DNA of 64,000 nucleotides from an uncultured Chloroflexia bacterium (GCA_963724295.1 CAVRUC010000004.1:32001-96000), one strand, 5' to 3'. Counted from the first letter of the stretch, positions 9,949 to 20,061 are shown. Made by a program: numbers and translations. The notes: generated from the sequence alone by a model not told the origin.

Positions 9949-11388
9949 GTGCAAAACGACGCGAGTTCCCCCGTTACCCGCCTGCTGGCCGAGAGTCTTA
10001 GCGGTCAGCTCTCTCGCCGTGACATCCTCAAGCGCGCGGGCGCCCTGGGCCTCAGCGCGCCACTGGTCGGAGTCATGCTCTCGGCACACGAGCATGTCGC
10101 CGCCGCCCAGGACGCCTCGCCGGTCGCCGACGAGCCGGGATCCACCATCGTCGTGCCAGAAGGTCTTCCCACAGACCTTGCTGGGGCCTCTATTAGTATC
10201 ATCTTCGGTGCTGATGGCCCCTCCACCCCATGGGAAGAAGCTGCGATCGCAAAATTCACCGAAGCCACTGGGATTGAGGTCGCACTCACGGTCGGTCCAA
10301 CGTCGGCGACCGAGCGACTGGCTCAGTTGCAGCAATTCTTTGCCGCCCAGGCCTCGGACGTCGACGCCATGATGATCGATGTCATCTGGCCGGGTATTCT
10401 TGCCACTCACGCCGTCGATCTCAGTGAGGCTATCGGCTGGCAGGGCGCCGAGTACTTCGAGCGCATCGTCAACAACAACACCATCGGCGACAAACTGGTC
10501 GCCATCCCGTGGTACACGGATGCCGGCATTCTCTACTACCGCACCGATTTGCTCGAGAAACACGGGTTCGAAGCGCCGCCGGAGACCTGGGCCGAGCTCG
10601 AAGAGATGGCGACCGCCATCCAGGAAGCCGAACGCGCCGAAAACCCGGACTTCTTCGGCTTCGTTTGGCAGGGCGCGGCCTATGAAGGTCTAACCTGCGA
10701 CGCGCTGGAATGGCAGGTTTCCAACGGTGGCGGCGTCATTGTCGAAGAGGATCTGACCGTCAGCGTCAACAATCCGCAAGCGATCGCGGCGTTCGAGCGC
10801 GCCAGGGGCTGGGTCGGCACCATCTCGCCGGACGGCGTCACATCGTACGACGAGGAGGCCGCGCGCGGCGTCTGGCAAGCGGGCAACGCTGCCTTCATGC
10901 GCAACTGGCCGTATGCCTACGCGCCCGGGCAGGACGAGGGCTCGGTCATCAAGGACAAATTCGCCATCACGCTGGTGCCGATGGGCGAGGGCGAGGGCGC
11001 GCAGCACGCTGATGCCCTGGGTGGCTGGCAGGTGATGGTCTCTGCCTATTCGCAGAATCAGCCGGCGGCAATCGCCTGGGCGCAGTACCTTACGTCGCGC
11101 GAGCTGCAGAAATCCTACGCCGTCGAGCTGAGCCGCCTGCCAACGATCGTCGATCTGTACGATGACGCCGACGTGCTGGAGGCAAATCCGTTCTTCGCGC
11201 AGCTCAAGGATGTCTTCCTCGGCGGCGCCGTGCCCCGCCCGTCGAGCCAGACCGCCGATCTCTACAACCAGGTCTCCACGGCCTACTTCACGGCTGTCAA
11301 CGAGATTCTCACCGGTCAGGCCGCTGATGCGGCGGCCCGCGTGGCCCAGCTCGCGGAGGAGCTCGAGGGAATCGTCGCCCAGCTATAA
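9949..11388 (+). CDS. Sugar ABC transporter substrate-binding protein (trehalose/maltose ThuE-like), Tat-type leader
   Basis: AAGGAG RBS; SRRDILK; IDVIWPG, LYYRTDLL, QGAAYEGLTCD, FMRNWPY, LGGW. Confidence 0.9.
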   Translation: MQNDASSPVTRLLAESLSGQLSRRDILKRAGALGLSAPLVGVMLSAHEHVAAAQDASPVADEPGSTIVVPEGLPTDLAGASISIIFGADGPSTPWEEAAIAKFTEATGIEVALTVGPTSATERLAQLQQFFAAQASDVDAMMIDVIWPGILATHAVDLSEAIGWQGAEYFERIVNNNTIGDKLVAIPWYTDAGILYYRTDLLEKHGFEAPPETWAELEEMATAIQEAERAENPDFFGFVWQGAAYEGLTCDALEWQVSNGGGVIVEEDLTVSVNNPQAIAAFERARGWVGTISPDGVTSYDEEAARGVWQAGNAAFMRNWPYAYAPGQDEGSVIKDKFAITLVPMGEGEGAQHADALGGWQVMVSAYSQNQPAAIAWAQYLTSRELQKSYAVELSRLPTIVDLYDDADVLEANPFFAQLKDVFLGGAVPRPSSQTADLYNQVSTAYFTAVNEILTGQAADAAARVAQLAEELEGIVAQL

Positions 11389-11406
11389 GGCTTGGCAGAA
11401 AATGAC

Positions 11407-11441
11407 GGGTGCCGGCTAGGGTTTCGACCCAGCCGACACCC
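11407..11441 (+). other. Intercistronic hairpin after the binding-protein gene
   Basis: GGGTGCCGGCTAGGGT...ACCCAGCCGACACCC imperfect inverted repeat. Confidence 0.5.
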
Positions 11442-11459
11442 GCACACCTGGGAGCCACG

Positions 11460-12410
11460 ATGAGCTATCAAGCCGACGTCGCGCCCCTACCTGAACTAGC
11501 CACCAAGTCGAGGGCCTGGCAAGCGCCGGAAGGCTCCCTTGGCAAAAGCCGCGAGCGACTTGCGTGGCTGCTCGTGGCTCCAAGCCTCCTCGTAGTGGCG
11601 CTCGTCGCGCTTTACCCGCTTTACGAGACTTTCCGCCTCAGCTTTACGAATACTCGGCTGGCCAGCGCCCGCTTGCCCAGAAGTGTCGGGCTGGACAACT
11701 ACCAGAGCCTGCTCACCGAAGGGGCATTTCGCGATGCGCTCTCACACACGATTGTCTTCACCGTTGTCTCAGTCACGCTCGAGACCCTGCTCGGACTCGC
11801 CATCGCGTTAGTCATCCACTCCAATTTCCGCGGCCGTGGCGGCGTGCGCACTGCTATGCTCGTGCCCTGGGCAATCCCGACGGTAGTCTCGGCGTCGATG
11901 TGGCAGTGGATGTATCACGATGTATTCGGAGTGGTCAACGATATTCTCGTCTACCGGCTGCATCTCCTTGATACGAAGGTCGCTTGGCTGGCAAGTCCAG
12001 CGACGGCACTGCCGGCGATCATTGCCGTCGATGTTTGGAAAACAACCCCATTTATGGCGCTTCTCCTGCTTGCAGGTCTGCAGCTCATCCCCGGCGATGT
12101 CTATGAAGCCTCGACCGTCGATGGCGCTTCGAAAATTCAGCAGTTCTTTCAAATCACCCTGCCGCTCCTAAAACCTGCGCTCCTCGTAGCGTTGATCTTT
12201 CGCACGCTTGACGCGTTCCGGGTCTTCGACGTGGTCTACGTCATGAAGCAGTTTGCGTCGGAGACCATGACAGTCGCCGTCTACGCCAGGCAGCAACTCA
12301 TCGATCTTCAGTTGCTTGGGCGCGGGTCAGCCGCCGCGGTCATCATCTTCCTCTGCATTTTCAGCTTTGTCATCCTCTACACGCGGCTCATAAGGGTGGA
12401 GGAGGTATAG
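11460..12410 (+). CDS. Carbohydrate ABC transporter permease (MalF/ThuF-like)
   Basis: GLDNY, LVPWAIPTVV, WKTTPFMALLLLAGLQ, YEASTVDGA. Confidence 0.92.
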   Translation: MSYQADVAPLPELATKSRAWQAPEGSLGKSRERLAWLLVAPSLLVVALVALYPLYETFRLSFTNTRLASARLPRSVGLDNYQSLLTEGAFRDALSHTIVFTVVSVTLETLLGLAIALVIHSNFRGRGGVRTAMLVPWAIPTVVSASMWQWMYHDVFGVVNDILVYRLHLLDTKVAWLASPATALPAIIAVDVWKTTPFMALLLLAGLQLIPGDVYEASTVDGASKIQQFFQITLPLLKPALLVALIFRTLDAFRVFDVVYVMKQFASETMTVAVYARQQLIDLQLLGRGSAAAVIIFLCIFSFVILYTRLIRVEEV

Positions 12411-12412
12411 CG

Positions 12413-13351
12413 GTGGCCAGCACAACGTTGACCGCTGGGCAAGCACGGCTGCCCGTCGAGCGCATCGAAGGCCTGGTGATCCCGAAGCGAAAATTCCCGA
12501 TTGGTCATATCATCGGCAGGATTCTCTTCTGGATCCTCATCGTCTTTATCCTCTTTTACACCCTCTTCCCGTTCTACTGGGCAGTCGTTTCTTCACTCAC
12601 GCTCGATAGCCAGCTCTTCAACACTCCAGCGTCGTATTGGCCAAGAGAGATCGATTTGAGCCATTACCAGTTCGTCCTGCGAAACAACGACTTCATCCGA
12701 GCGTTTCAAAACTCCGTGGTTGTGTCAGTCGGAACGGTCGCAATCTCGCTCCTTATCGGATCTTTTGCTGCGTACGCGCTTGGTCGAATGCAGTTCCGAG
12801 GACGGACCGCCATCCTCTACATCGTGCTATCGATGACGATGTTTCCAAGTGTTGCGATCCTGGGCTCACTTTTCCTCATGATCAGGGGTGACTGGTTCCT
12901 GCCCACGCCCAATCTCTACAACACCCGCATCGCACTCGTCATCACCTATCTCATCTTCACCCTGCCGTTCACGGTCTGGGTGATGACGCAGTTCTTCAAG
13001 GCGATGCCGGGAGAGCTGGAAGAAGCGGCCCTCGTCGATGGAGCCGGACCGATGCGAGTCTTCTGGCAGATCCTGTTGCCTTTGGCACTTCCAGGCCTCG
13101 TGACAACCGGCTTGCTCGCTTTCATCGCGGCTTGGAACGAGTTCCTATTCGCACTGACGTTCACCACCGATTACGATGCTCGTACCGTCCAAGTCGCGAT
13201 TTCACAGTTCTCGGGCCGACAGCAGCAAGAATTGCCGTACGCGAACCGCATGGCGGCATCGGTGCTCGTCACATTGCCACTCATCGCCCTGGTTCTCATC
13301 TTCCAGCGCAAGATCCTGGCAGGGCTGACCGCCGGCGCGGTCAAGGGGTAG
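12413..13351 (+). CDS. Carbohydrate ABC transporter permease (MalG/ThuG-like)
   Basis: ELEEAALVDGA, AWNEFLFA, FQRKILAGLTAGAVKG. Confidence 0.93.
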   Translation: MASTTLTAGQARLPVERIEGLVIPKRKFPIGHIIGRILFWILIVFILFYTLFPFYWAVVSSLTLDSQLFNTPASYWPREIDLSHYQFVLRNNDFIRAFQNSVVVSVGTVAISLLIGSFAAYALGRMQFRGRTAILYIVLSMTMFPSVAILGSLFLMIRGDWFLPTPNLYNTRIALVITYLIFTLPFTVWVMTQFFKAMPGELEEAALVDGAGPMRVFWQILLPLALPGLVTTGLLAFIAAWNEFLFALTFTTDYDARTVQVAISQFSGRQQQELPYANRMAASVLVTLPLIALVLIFQRKILAGLTAGAVKG

Positions 13352-13388
13352 CGGGCTATCGGCTACTGGTCTTGTCTCGTACCGATTT

Positions 13389-13510
13389 GCCCTCACCCCC
13401 AACCCCTCTCCCAGTGCGCTGGGAGAGGGGCTACTCGTGTATCACCAAGCCAACCTCCCTTCTCCCGGCTCCGAGGGGGCTAGGGGAAGAGAAGGTCGGG
13501 GATGAGGGGC
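13389..13510. repeat. Palindromic intergenic repeat element (CCCTCACCCC...GGGAGAGGGG type, REP/MITE-like)
   Basis: Terminal inverted repeats GCCCTCACCCCCAACC / GGTCGGGGATGAGGGGC; internal hairpin CCCCTCTCCCAG-TGCG-CTGGGAGAGGGG at 13403-13430; lies between convergent genes. Confidence 0.75.
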
Positions 13511-13519
13511 AGTCACCCA

Positions 13520-14272
13520 TCACCCCACCAGGTTCTTTGGCACGAACAGACTCTGACACGCCGAATGAGCCATGGCGACGTGGCGAGTGCCGTTGTCGAC
13601 ACAGATCGCGGCATGCCCCGGGAGCAGCGCGTCGAACTCGAGCCGGGCCAGCTTGGCGATGCTCGCCGCTGATTTCTGGATCGAACAGTCGTGGATGTTC
13701 TGCAGAACCACGCGGCCGCCGCTGAACACCGCATCCCCCGCGAAGAGGTATCGGCGCTCCCGGCCGCGGAGTAGGAGCGAGACGTGGCCGTCACAATGCC
13801 CCGGAGTCTCGAAGACCTCCAGCTCGAGACTCCCGACCGGGATGCGATCTCCCTCCCGCACCTCGCGCGCGACTTCGACTGGCTGGAAGCGGTAGTCCGC
13901 GGCGTAGAACCCGGCCGCCTTGGCCACGTCGAGCGCGACCGCTCGCTCATCTCCCGTGCGCAGGGCCGGCGCGGCGTCGACAGGCGCCACCACCTCGACC
14001 CCGAGCCGCTCCCGGAAGCGCGCGGCGCCGCCGGCATGATCCATGTGGTAGTGGGTCAGGATCACCTTCGTAATCCTCCCCGGATCGAGACCCTCGGCGC
14101 GCACGTTACCCAGGATCCGCTCCAGTGAGTCGCCCGAGGCCATGCCGCAATCGATCAGCGCCAGCTCGTCGCCGCCGTCCACCAGGTAGATGTGGCAGTC
14201 GGGGTCATTGGAAAGCCCGAAGGCATTGGCAACCCCTCCTCCCACGATATAGACCTCATCCGAGATACGCAC
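13520..14272 (-). CDS. MBL-fold metallo-hydrolase
   Basis: LTHYHMDHAGG, TPGHCDGH, FAGD, LLPGH. Confidence 0.92.
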   Translation of the reverse strand: MRISDEVYIVGGGVANAFGLSNDPDCHIYLVDGGDELALIDCGMASGDSLERILGNVRAEGLDPGRITKVILTHYHMDHAGGAARFRERLGVEVVAPVDAAPALRTGDERAVALDVAKAAGFYAADYRFQPVEVAREVREGDRIPVGSLELEVFETPGHCDGHVSLLLRGRERRYLFAGDAVFSGGRVVLQNIHDCSIQKSAASIAKLARLEFDALLPGHAAICVDNGTRHVAMAHSACQSLFVPKNLVG

Positions 14273-14307
14273 CGTCTCATCATCCTCCCCGTCCTCATCG
14301 AGGCGCG

Positions 14308-14350
14308 TTGACAGGGTAGTCCGATCCTCCGTAGGATGGCGTCTATCCTA
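14308..14350 (+). promoter_or_regulatory. Sigma70-type promoter with an overlapping palindrome
   Basis: TTGACA(14308)-N18-TAGGAT(14332); TAGGAT-N7-ATCCTA inverted repeat at 14332-14350. Confidence 0.6.
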
Positions 14351-14371
14351 AGGGAGATGGGAGGAGGAGTG

Positions 14372-14878
14372 ATGACCGCCAGGGAGACCCCGGCCGGCGA
14401 GGAATGGCGCGGCAAGGTCGGCAAGTTGAGCGAGGAAGAGCTGGACGCGTTCCTCGCGGGTGGCAATGTCGCCCGGCTCGGCTGCCTCGATCCAGAAGGC
14501 TGGCCCTACGTCGTCCCCACCTGGTATCAGTGGGCGGACGGTGGGTTTTACATCATTCCCCGCGCCCGTTCGGCATGGGCAAAGTACATGGCCGGGGATG
14601 GACGCGTCTCGATCTCGATCGATTCGCCAGATCCTCCATACGTCAAGGTACAGACTCAGGGCCAGGCGCAAGTGATCGAGGAGCCGAACGTCGGTGGGCG
14701 CTGGGTCGAGATCGCCAACGAGATGTCGCTGCGGTACCTCGGTGAAGATGGGCCCAAATATCTCGTCCCCACCCTCAACGAGCCACGCTGGCTCTTTTTT
14801 GTCAAGCCGAAGAAGATCTACTCCTGGCAGGGCACTGACTGGGCTCGCCGCTACAAGCACAGCGAATGGGGAACGTAG
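14372..14878 (+). CDS. Pyridoxamine 5'-phosphate oxidase-like (PPOX/FDOR) protein
   Basis: ELDAFL...ARLGCL..GWPYVVPTWY, RVSISID; GGAGGAG RBS. Confidence 0.85.
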   Translation: MTARETPAGEEWRGKVGKLSEEELDAFLAGGNVARLGCLDPEGWPYVVPTWYQWADGGFYIIPRARSAWAKYMAGDGRVSISIDSPDPPYVKVQTQGQAQVIEEPNVGGRWVEIANEMSLRYLGEDGPKYLVPTLNEPRWLFFVKPKKIYSWQGTDWARRYKHSEWGT

Positions 14879-15603
14879 GCGCCCAGGCACCTCCGGGCCC
14901 CCAGGCGATCGAGTGGAATCTGCCGTGGGGGCCGGTGTTGCGCGGATTTCGCTGGGGCGATGGACCAGATGTCGCGCTCCTGCTGCACGAACCCGGCGCG
15001 GACCTCGATGCCTGGGGGGCATTGCCAGTTGAAATCGCACGCCAGCTCGAGATCGAGACGGTCGCCGTCGACCTTCCCGGGCATGGTCTGTCCGACGATC
15101 CCTGGGAACCGGGGCGGCTGCCCGATCTCCTGCGCGACCTGCCCGAAATCGCACCTGCCGCTGGACTCCGATTTCTCATCGCGGCGGGCGACTCGGCCAG
15201 CGCCGCACTCGAGCTCGCTCCCGCGATCGAGCTGTCTTGCTTGATCTGTCTCTCGCCGCAGATTCCAGGTGATGGCTGGCGTCCCCCACGTTCACCACGC
15301 GTTCCCAAGCTCTGCGTGGCCGGATCGCTGGCTGGGAGCGATCTTGACGACGCCCGCCGGCTGGCCACGGCGTCTGGCGGCTGGGCGGTCGTGACCTCAT
15401 ATCCGGTCACCGAGCGGGGAACGCAACTCCTGGCCTCTCCATGGGGCGGTCACCTCGTCGAGGAGATCGTGGCTTTCCTCCGCGACTGCCAGCGGCGCCC
15501 GCCTCATGCACGTCTCGTGACCGATCGAACCAGACCAGGATTCCCGTCCGCGCCACCCGGACATTCCACGTCTCCTGTCTCCGACAGGCCGGGTACTCGC
15601 TGA
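14866..15603 (+). CDS. Alpha/beta-hydrolase-fold-like protein with degenerate nucleophile elbow
   Basis: ALLLHEPG, AVDLPGHGLSD; IAAGDSA where GxSxG is expected. Confidence 0.65.
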   Translation: MGNVGAQAPPGPQAIEWNLPWGPVLRGFRWGDGPDVALLLHEPGADLDAWGALPVEIARQLEIETVAVDLPGHGLSDDPWEPGRLPDLLRDLPEIAPAAGLRFLIAAGDSASAALELAPAIELSCLICLSPQIPGDGWRPPRSPRVPKLCVAGSLAGSDLDDARRLATASGGWAVVTSYPVTERGTQLLASPWGGHLVEEIVAFLRDCQRRPPHARLVTDRTRPGFPSAPPGHSTSPVSDRPGTR

Positions 15604-15641
15604 GGAAGTGGCGGTTAGGTGGTGAAGGCGTTCGAGGCGGG

Positions 15642-17642
15642 CTAGATATCCTCGGGGCGGCTGACATCATCCGAATCGTCTTCACCACGGGCGCCATTCT
15701 CAGTCCGGGAACGTCGCTCGACGAGCTCGGCGTCGATGATCTCGTCCAGGGCTGGCCCGTCGATTTCCCGTGGCAACCCGGCCGGAGCCGACCCCGCCAA
15801 GGCGGCTGCCCCCTCGCCGGGTGCGAGCCGTGGCTCGCCGCCGATGCGGTGGCGTAGCGTGCGCATATCGTTATCGACTGCTGTCAGCTGCGTGTGCATC
15901 TGCCCCAGATGCTCGAACTGGGAGCGCACGAACCGCGTATAGGGGGAGATCGCCTCCCGCACCCGGTCCATCGACCGCGCCAGCTCGTGCTCGAACTGCT
16001 CGCGCATGACCTCGATCAAGCGCTGCTCGAGCTCCTCCGCCTTGGCGTGGAAATCACGCTTGGCCTGACGGCGCTTGTTCGGCAGCACGAACAACCCGAG
16101 TCCGGCGAGGAGACTCGCCGCCAGGATGCCGGTGACGTCGACCGCGACGGTGCTGGCTGCCGCAACGACCAGAGCCCCCAACCCGACCGCCCCCGCCTCC
16201 GCGACCGCGACAGTGGCCACCGCGTTGCGCACGGAGTCGGCCAGCTCGTTCGCCTCGGCGTCGAGATCGTAGCGGTCGACCTCCTCCTGTGTTCGCCGGG
16301 CCACCGATTCCAGGAGTGCCCTGCGGTCGTAGCGGAACTGCCCGCCCACTTCGCCGATGAGTCCCTCTTCGTACTGAGTCAGCCGGCGCCGGTCGATGTA
16401 GTCGGTGACGCTCTTCCAGATCTTGAGGTCCTGATCGACCATCCAGTCGATCAGCTCGTCGACGACGGCGTCGATCTGTTGCTCGGTGCCCGACACGACC
16501 TGCCGCTCGAACTCGCCCCGGATCTTGTCCTTGTTCAGCAGGTCGAAGACCCGTCCCAAGCGGATCGTCTCCTCGAAAAAAGCATCACCCCGCTGCAGCA
16601 TGCGCGCGATGATGTTCTCGACCCGGGTCAGGTGGTAGGTGAACTGCCGCCGCATATCCTCCTGGTAGGCGATCAACTGCCGGTCGATGTTGTCTATCGT
16701 CGCCAGATCGTCGCGCAGTACCGCCAGCCGCTCGTCCGTCACCTGCAGATACTTCTCCGTGATCCGCTCGCCAACTCCCAGCGGACTCAGCAATTTGAGG
16801 CGGATGCGCCCCTCCTGATCGAGGGTCGCGAAGATGTATGCCTCGAGCGATCCGAACCGGCTTGCCTCCCAGAGTCGCGCTCGCTCCTCCGGATTGCGCT
16901 CGCCGAGCGCCTTCGCCTGTTGTGCCAGCAGGGCTGAAACGGGGAACACATCAGGACTGAAGCCGAGCAGACGCTCGATGTTCTCACCGACGAACTCGGT
17001 CACCTCAGCGACGGCTGTTTCGTCTCGGAGGAGATCGACCTTGTTGATGACGACGACGATCTTCTTGCCCCAGTCGCGAATCGACTCCATGAATGCCCGT
17101 TCACTCTCGGTGAATGGGCGGTCCGCGGAGGTGACGAAGAGGACCAGGTCGGAGCGCGGCACGAACTGCTGCGTCAGCTGCTCGTGCTCCCGAATGATGG
17201 CGTTGGTCCCCGGCGTATCGACGATCGTGATCTCGTCCAGGAACTGCGCGGGGTACTCGCGCGCGATCACCCCGTCCGCTTGCATGGTCACCGCCGGTTC
17301 GGTTCCGTAGCGCAACAGGTTGATGACCGAGGTGGTCGGTGTCACACCCTCCGGCATGACCTCGGCCCCGACGAGGGCGTTGATGAACGCGGACTTGCCG
17401 GCGTTGAACTCGCCGACGATCACCAGCAGGAAGAGCGCGACGAGGTGCTCCGCCGCGCGTTTGACGGCGCCCTGGTCCTCCTCGGCCGCGGGGTAGCGAG
17501 CGAGGGCGTCGGAAAGCCGATCGAGCAACACCAGCTCGTCTTCAACCAGCTTTTGCTCTTGACCCGTGAGGAGCGCCCCCGCCACCGGCACCTGACCGTC
17601 GCGGCGGGCGCGTCCCGGAAGTTGAAACACACGTCGGCTCAT
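15642..17642 (-). CDS. Bacterial dynamin-like GTPase (FZL/DLP type)
   Basis: G1 GEFNAGKS, G2 PTT, G3 DTPG, G4 NKVD; helical stalk and hydrophobic hairpin near the C-terminus. Confidence 0.9.
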   Translation of the reverse strand: MSRRVFQLPGRARRDGQVPVAGALLTGQEQKLVEDELVLLDRLSDALARYPAAEEDQGAVKRAAEHLVALFLLVIVGEFNAGKSAFINALVGAEVMPEGVTPTTSVINLLRYGTEPAVTMQADGVIAREYPAQFLDEITIVDTPGTNAIIREHEQLTQQFVPRSDLVLFVTSADRPFTESERAFMESIRDWGKKIVVVINKVDLLRDETAVAEVTEFVGENIERLLGFSPDVFPVSALLAQQAKALGERNPEERARLWEASRFGSLEAYIFATLDQEGRIRLKLLSPLGVGERITEKYLQVTDERLAVLRDDLATIDNIDRQLIAYQEDMRRQFTYHLTRVENIIARMLQRGDAFFEETIRLGRVFDLLNKDKIRGEFERQVVSGTEQQIDAVVDELIDWMVDQDLKIWKSVTDYIDRRRLTQYEEGLIGEVGGQFRYDRRALLESVARRTQEEVDRYDLDAEANELADSVRNAVATVAVAEAGAVGLGALVVAAASTVAVDVTGILAASLLAGLGLFVLPNKRRQAKRDFHAKAEELEQRLIEVMREQFEHELARSMDRVREAISPYTRFVRSQFEHLGQMHTQLTAVDNDMRTLRHRIGGEPRLAPGEGAAALAGSAPAGLPREIDGPALDEIIDAELVERRSRTENGARGEDDSDDVSRPEDI

Positions 17643-17797
17643 CTGACTCCCATCATCCTCCGCACCAGGGCGGTATCAGCCGGCCCCGTAGTCGCGAAGT
17701 CGCACGGAGCATGGAGGATTGGCGCCATTCTGACAAGCAATCTCGACGCCGAAGGTGACAATTGGTCGCGGAACGAGATCCACGAGCCCGGCATGAG

Positions 17798-18349
17798 CTA
17801 GTTGCGACGCGTCTCCTCATCGAGCTTCGACTTGATCGTCTCGGCGGCATCCTTCGATCGACTCTCAGCCATCTCGGAGACCGACGCGATAGTCTCCTTG
17901 ATCTGGCCCTTGAAGCGCTCGAGCTGCCCTTCACCGATCAGCCCTTCGTCGCCGGTGAGCGTGCCCAGCCGTTCTTTGGCCGCGCCCGCCAGCTTGTCGA
18001 ACGCGCCGGGCGCGCGGTCGGCCAGCTTCTCACCCTGTGTGCCAATTCGGGAAACCACGTCCGCGCCAAGATGCTGCGCTTCACCCAGCAGGCTATTCAG
18101 CTTGTCCCGATCGATCTCGGTAACCCATTGCCTGAGCTTGGCGGCGTCGATCTTGTCATCGGCCTGACCGGCAACCTCTTTGAGCCGTCCCATGATGGCG
18201 TTGGTGTCGACGACGCCGCCGACCTTACCGATCGCATCCTGGATGCGGTGGGGCAACCCGTCGGCATCGAGATGACTTTCGGCGCTGGCGACGGCCTCCT
18301 TGATGCGCGACGTCATCTCATCCAGTCTGCCGCTCTCGGAATCGCTCAT
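17798..18349 (-). CDS. CsbD-domain-containing hydrophilic stress protein
   Basis: C-terminal AGAAKERLGTLTGDEGLIGEGQLERFKGQIKE matches the CsbD pattern. Confidence 0.75.
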   Translation of the reverse strand: MSDSESGRLDEMTSRIKEAVASAESHLDADGLPHRIQDAIGKVGGVVDTNAIMGRLKEVAGQADDKIDAAKLRQWVTEIDRDKLNSLLGEAQHLGADVVSRIGTQGEKLADRAPGAFDKLAGAAKERLGTLTGDEGLIGEGQLERFKGQIKETIASVSEMAESRSKDAAETIKSKLDEETRRN

Positions 18350-18465
18350 CGGTCGATCCTCCCGTGCGATGCGCAAGAGTCCCGCGAATGGACCATATGG
18401 GCGTTCACGACAAGTGTACGCCCCATGACCGCGATCTCACCGCGCCTGGTCCGGACCGACGAGGG

Positions 18466-19247
18466 CTACTGGCCACCTGCCCGTGAGGCGATCGGCATCA
18501 CGTCCTCGTTGTAGAGCTGCTGATGCAGATGGACCGGCTCGGTCTTCTTGCGCAGCCGCAAGTTAAGGAGCTCCACTCCCACCGAGAAGGCCATGGCGAA
18601 GTAGATGTACCCCTTCGGAATGTGCTGTCCGAACCCCTCGGCGACGAGCACCATACCGATCAGGAGGAGGAAGCTTAACGCCAGGATCTTCACGGTCGGA
18701 TGGCGATTCACGAAATCCGCCAGCGGCTTGGCCGCCACGAGCATGATCCCAATCGAGATCATCACCGCGATGACCGCGATCGTGATGTTAGTCGTCAGGC
18801 CGATCGCGGTGATCACCGAGTCGAGCGAGAAGACGATATCGAGCAGCACGATCTGGATGATCACACTCGAGAATGAAACGGTTCGAGCTGCCCCGTCTCG
18901 CTCGTGCTCTTCCCCTTCCAGCTTCGCGTGAATCTCGGTCGTCGACTTGTAGATGAGGAAGAGCCCGCCGCCGAGCAGGATCAGATCCCGACCGTTAAAC
19001 GGGTGTGCCGGCGACTGGCGAAGAGCGTCTGAGTCAGTCCCAGCAGCCAGCCGAGTGAGAAAAGCAATGCGATGCGCATCAGCATCGCCAGCAACAATCC
19101 GGTCGTGCGTGCCCGCTGGCGCTGGTTGGCCGGCAGCCGGTCGGCGAGGATCGAGATGAAGATGATGTTGTCGATGCCGAGCACGATCTCGAGCGCGGTC
19201 AGGGTCAACAGCGCCGTCCAGATCGCGGGATCGCTCAACCACTCCAC
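18466..19247 (-). CDS. TerC family membrane protein; frameshift near 19005-19020
   Basis: N-part LEIVLGIDNIIFISI (18981-19247 frame) continues as RDLILLGGGLFL...DIVFSLDSVITA...KGYIYFAMAFS in another frame. Confidence 0.88.
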
Positions 19248-19449
19248 GCCTCACCCTCCCTCTCACAGCCCCACTCAATCAGAAGACCATCAAGGCGGCC
19301 CCGCAGGGGGCGTGCCAGTCCAGATAATCTCGTAGGTAATCAGGCGATTCTGCACCGTCGTGGTGCAGGATATCCGTAGGGGAGACGCCTGAGTCGCCCG
19401 CATCGAGCCGTCACGACCTGGGTAACTCCCAGACCTACCAAGCACCCGC

Positions 19450-20061
19450 TTAGGCCACGTCTGGATCCTCGCGCTCTTCCCGCGCGAACGCGCAAAGCTC
19501 GATGCGGTGATCGTTGCACAACGATGTAGCGAAGGGATCGCCACGAGTCATCCTCCCCACCCAATCGGCGGGCCGAAAGTAGGCAAGCTCAACCCGACGC
19601 GCACCCACAATCGGAGCCAGCGCGACAAGGCTACGGTCGAAGATTCCATCCAGATCCTCGATCCCGAGATTGCCCAGGATCACCAAGTAGACCGGATCCG
19701 ACTGAGAAGAGAGGTCGCCGCTGACCCAGGCGCCATCGATGACCGGCACTCCTTCAACCGCACCGCGTAGCGCCTCCTCGAGCGGCATGGCGCGCACGAT
19801 CAGGGCAGTCAGCGGCGCCAGAAGCGGCCAGGCGGGATCGGGGCGATAGAGGCGAGCGTTGCCGACCCGCTCGTCGCGCAAGAGGCCGAGTCGGGTCAGC
19901 TTGTAGCACTCGTGCTGCAGGCTACTCACCGGCAGTCCCAATCGTCGCGAGAGGTCGGTCAGCGAGAATGCCAGGTGCGGTCGCGGCAAGACTAGCGTGA
20001 GCACAGCCGCACGCACTCGTGAGGAAAAGAGCTCCGCGAGCGGGTCCGGCACGACCTTCAC
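19450..20061 (-). CDS. Winged-helix (ArsR-like) domain fused to a degenerate nucleotidyltransferase-like domain
   Basis: LFSSRVRAAVL...SLQHECYKL..LGLL..ERVGNARLY; C-domain AWVSGDL...VYLVILG...VELAYF in place of GS...DxD. Confidence 0.7.
   Translation of the reverse strand: MKVVPDPLAELFSSRVRAAVLTLVLPRPHLAFSLTDLSRRLGLPVSSLQHECYKLTRLGLLRDERVGNARLYRPDPAWPLLAPLTALIVRAMPLEEALRGAVEGVPVIDGAWVSGDLSSQSDPVYLVILGNLGIEDLDGIFDRSLVALAPIVGARRVELAYFRPADWVGRMTRGDPFATSLCNDHRIELCAFAREEREDPDVA

Noticed and set aside
15642..17642. Dynamin as part of an anti-phage system
   Set aside because: Single gene in a housekeeping context with no defence-type partners
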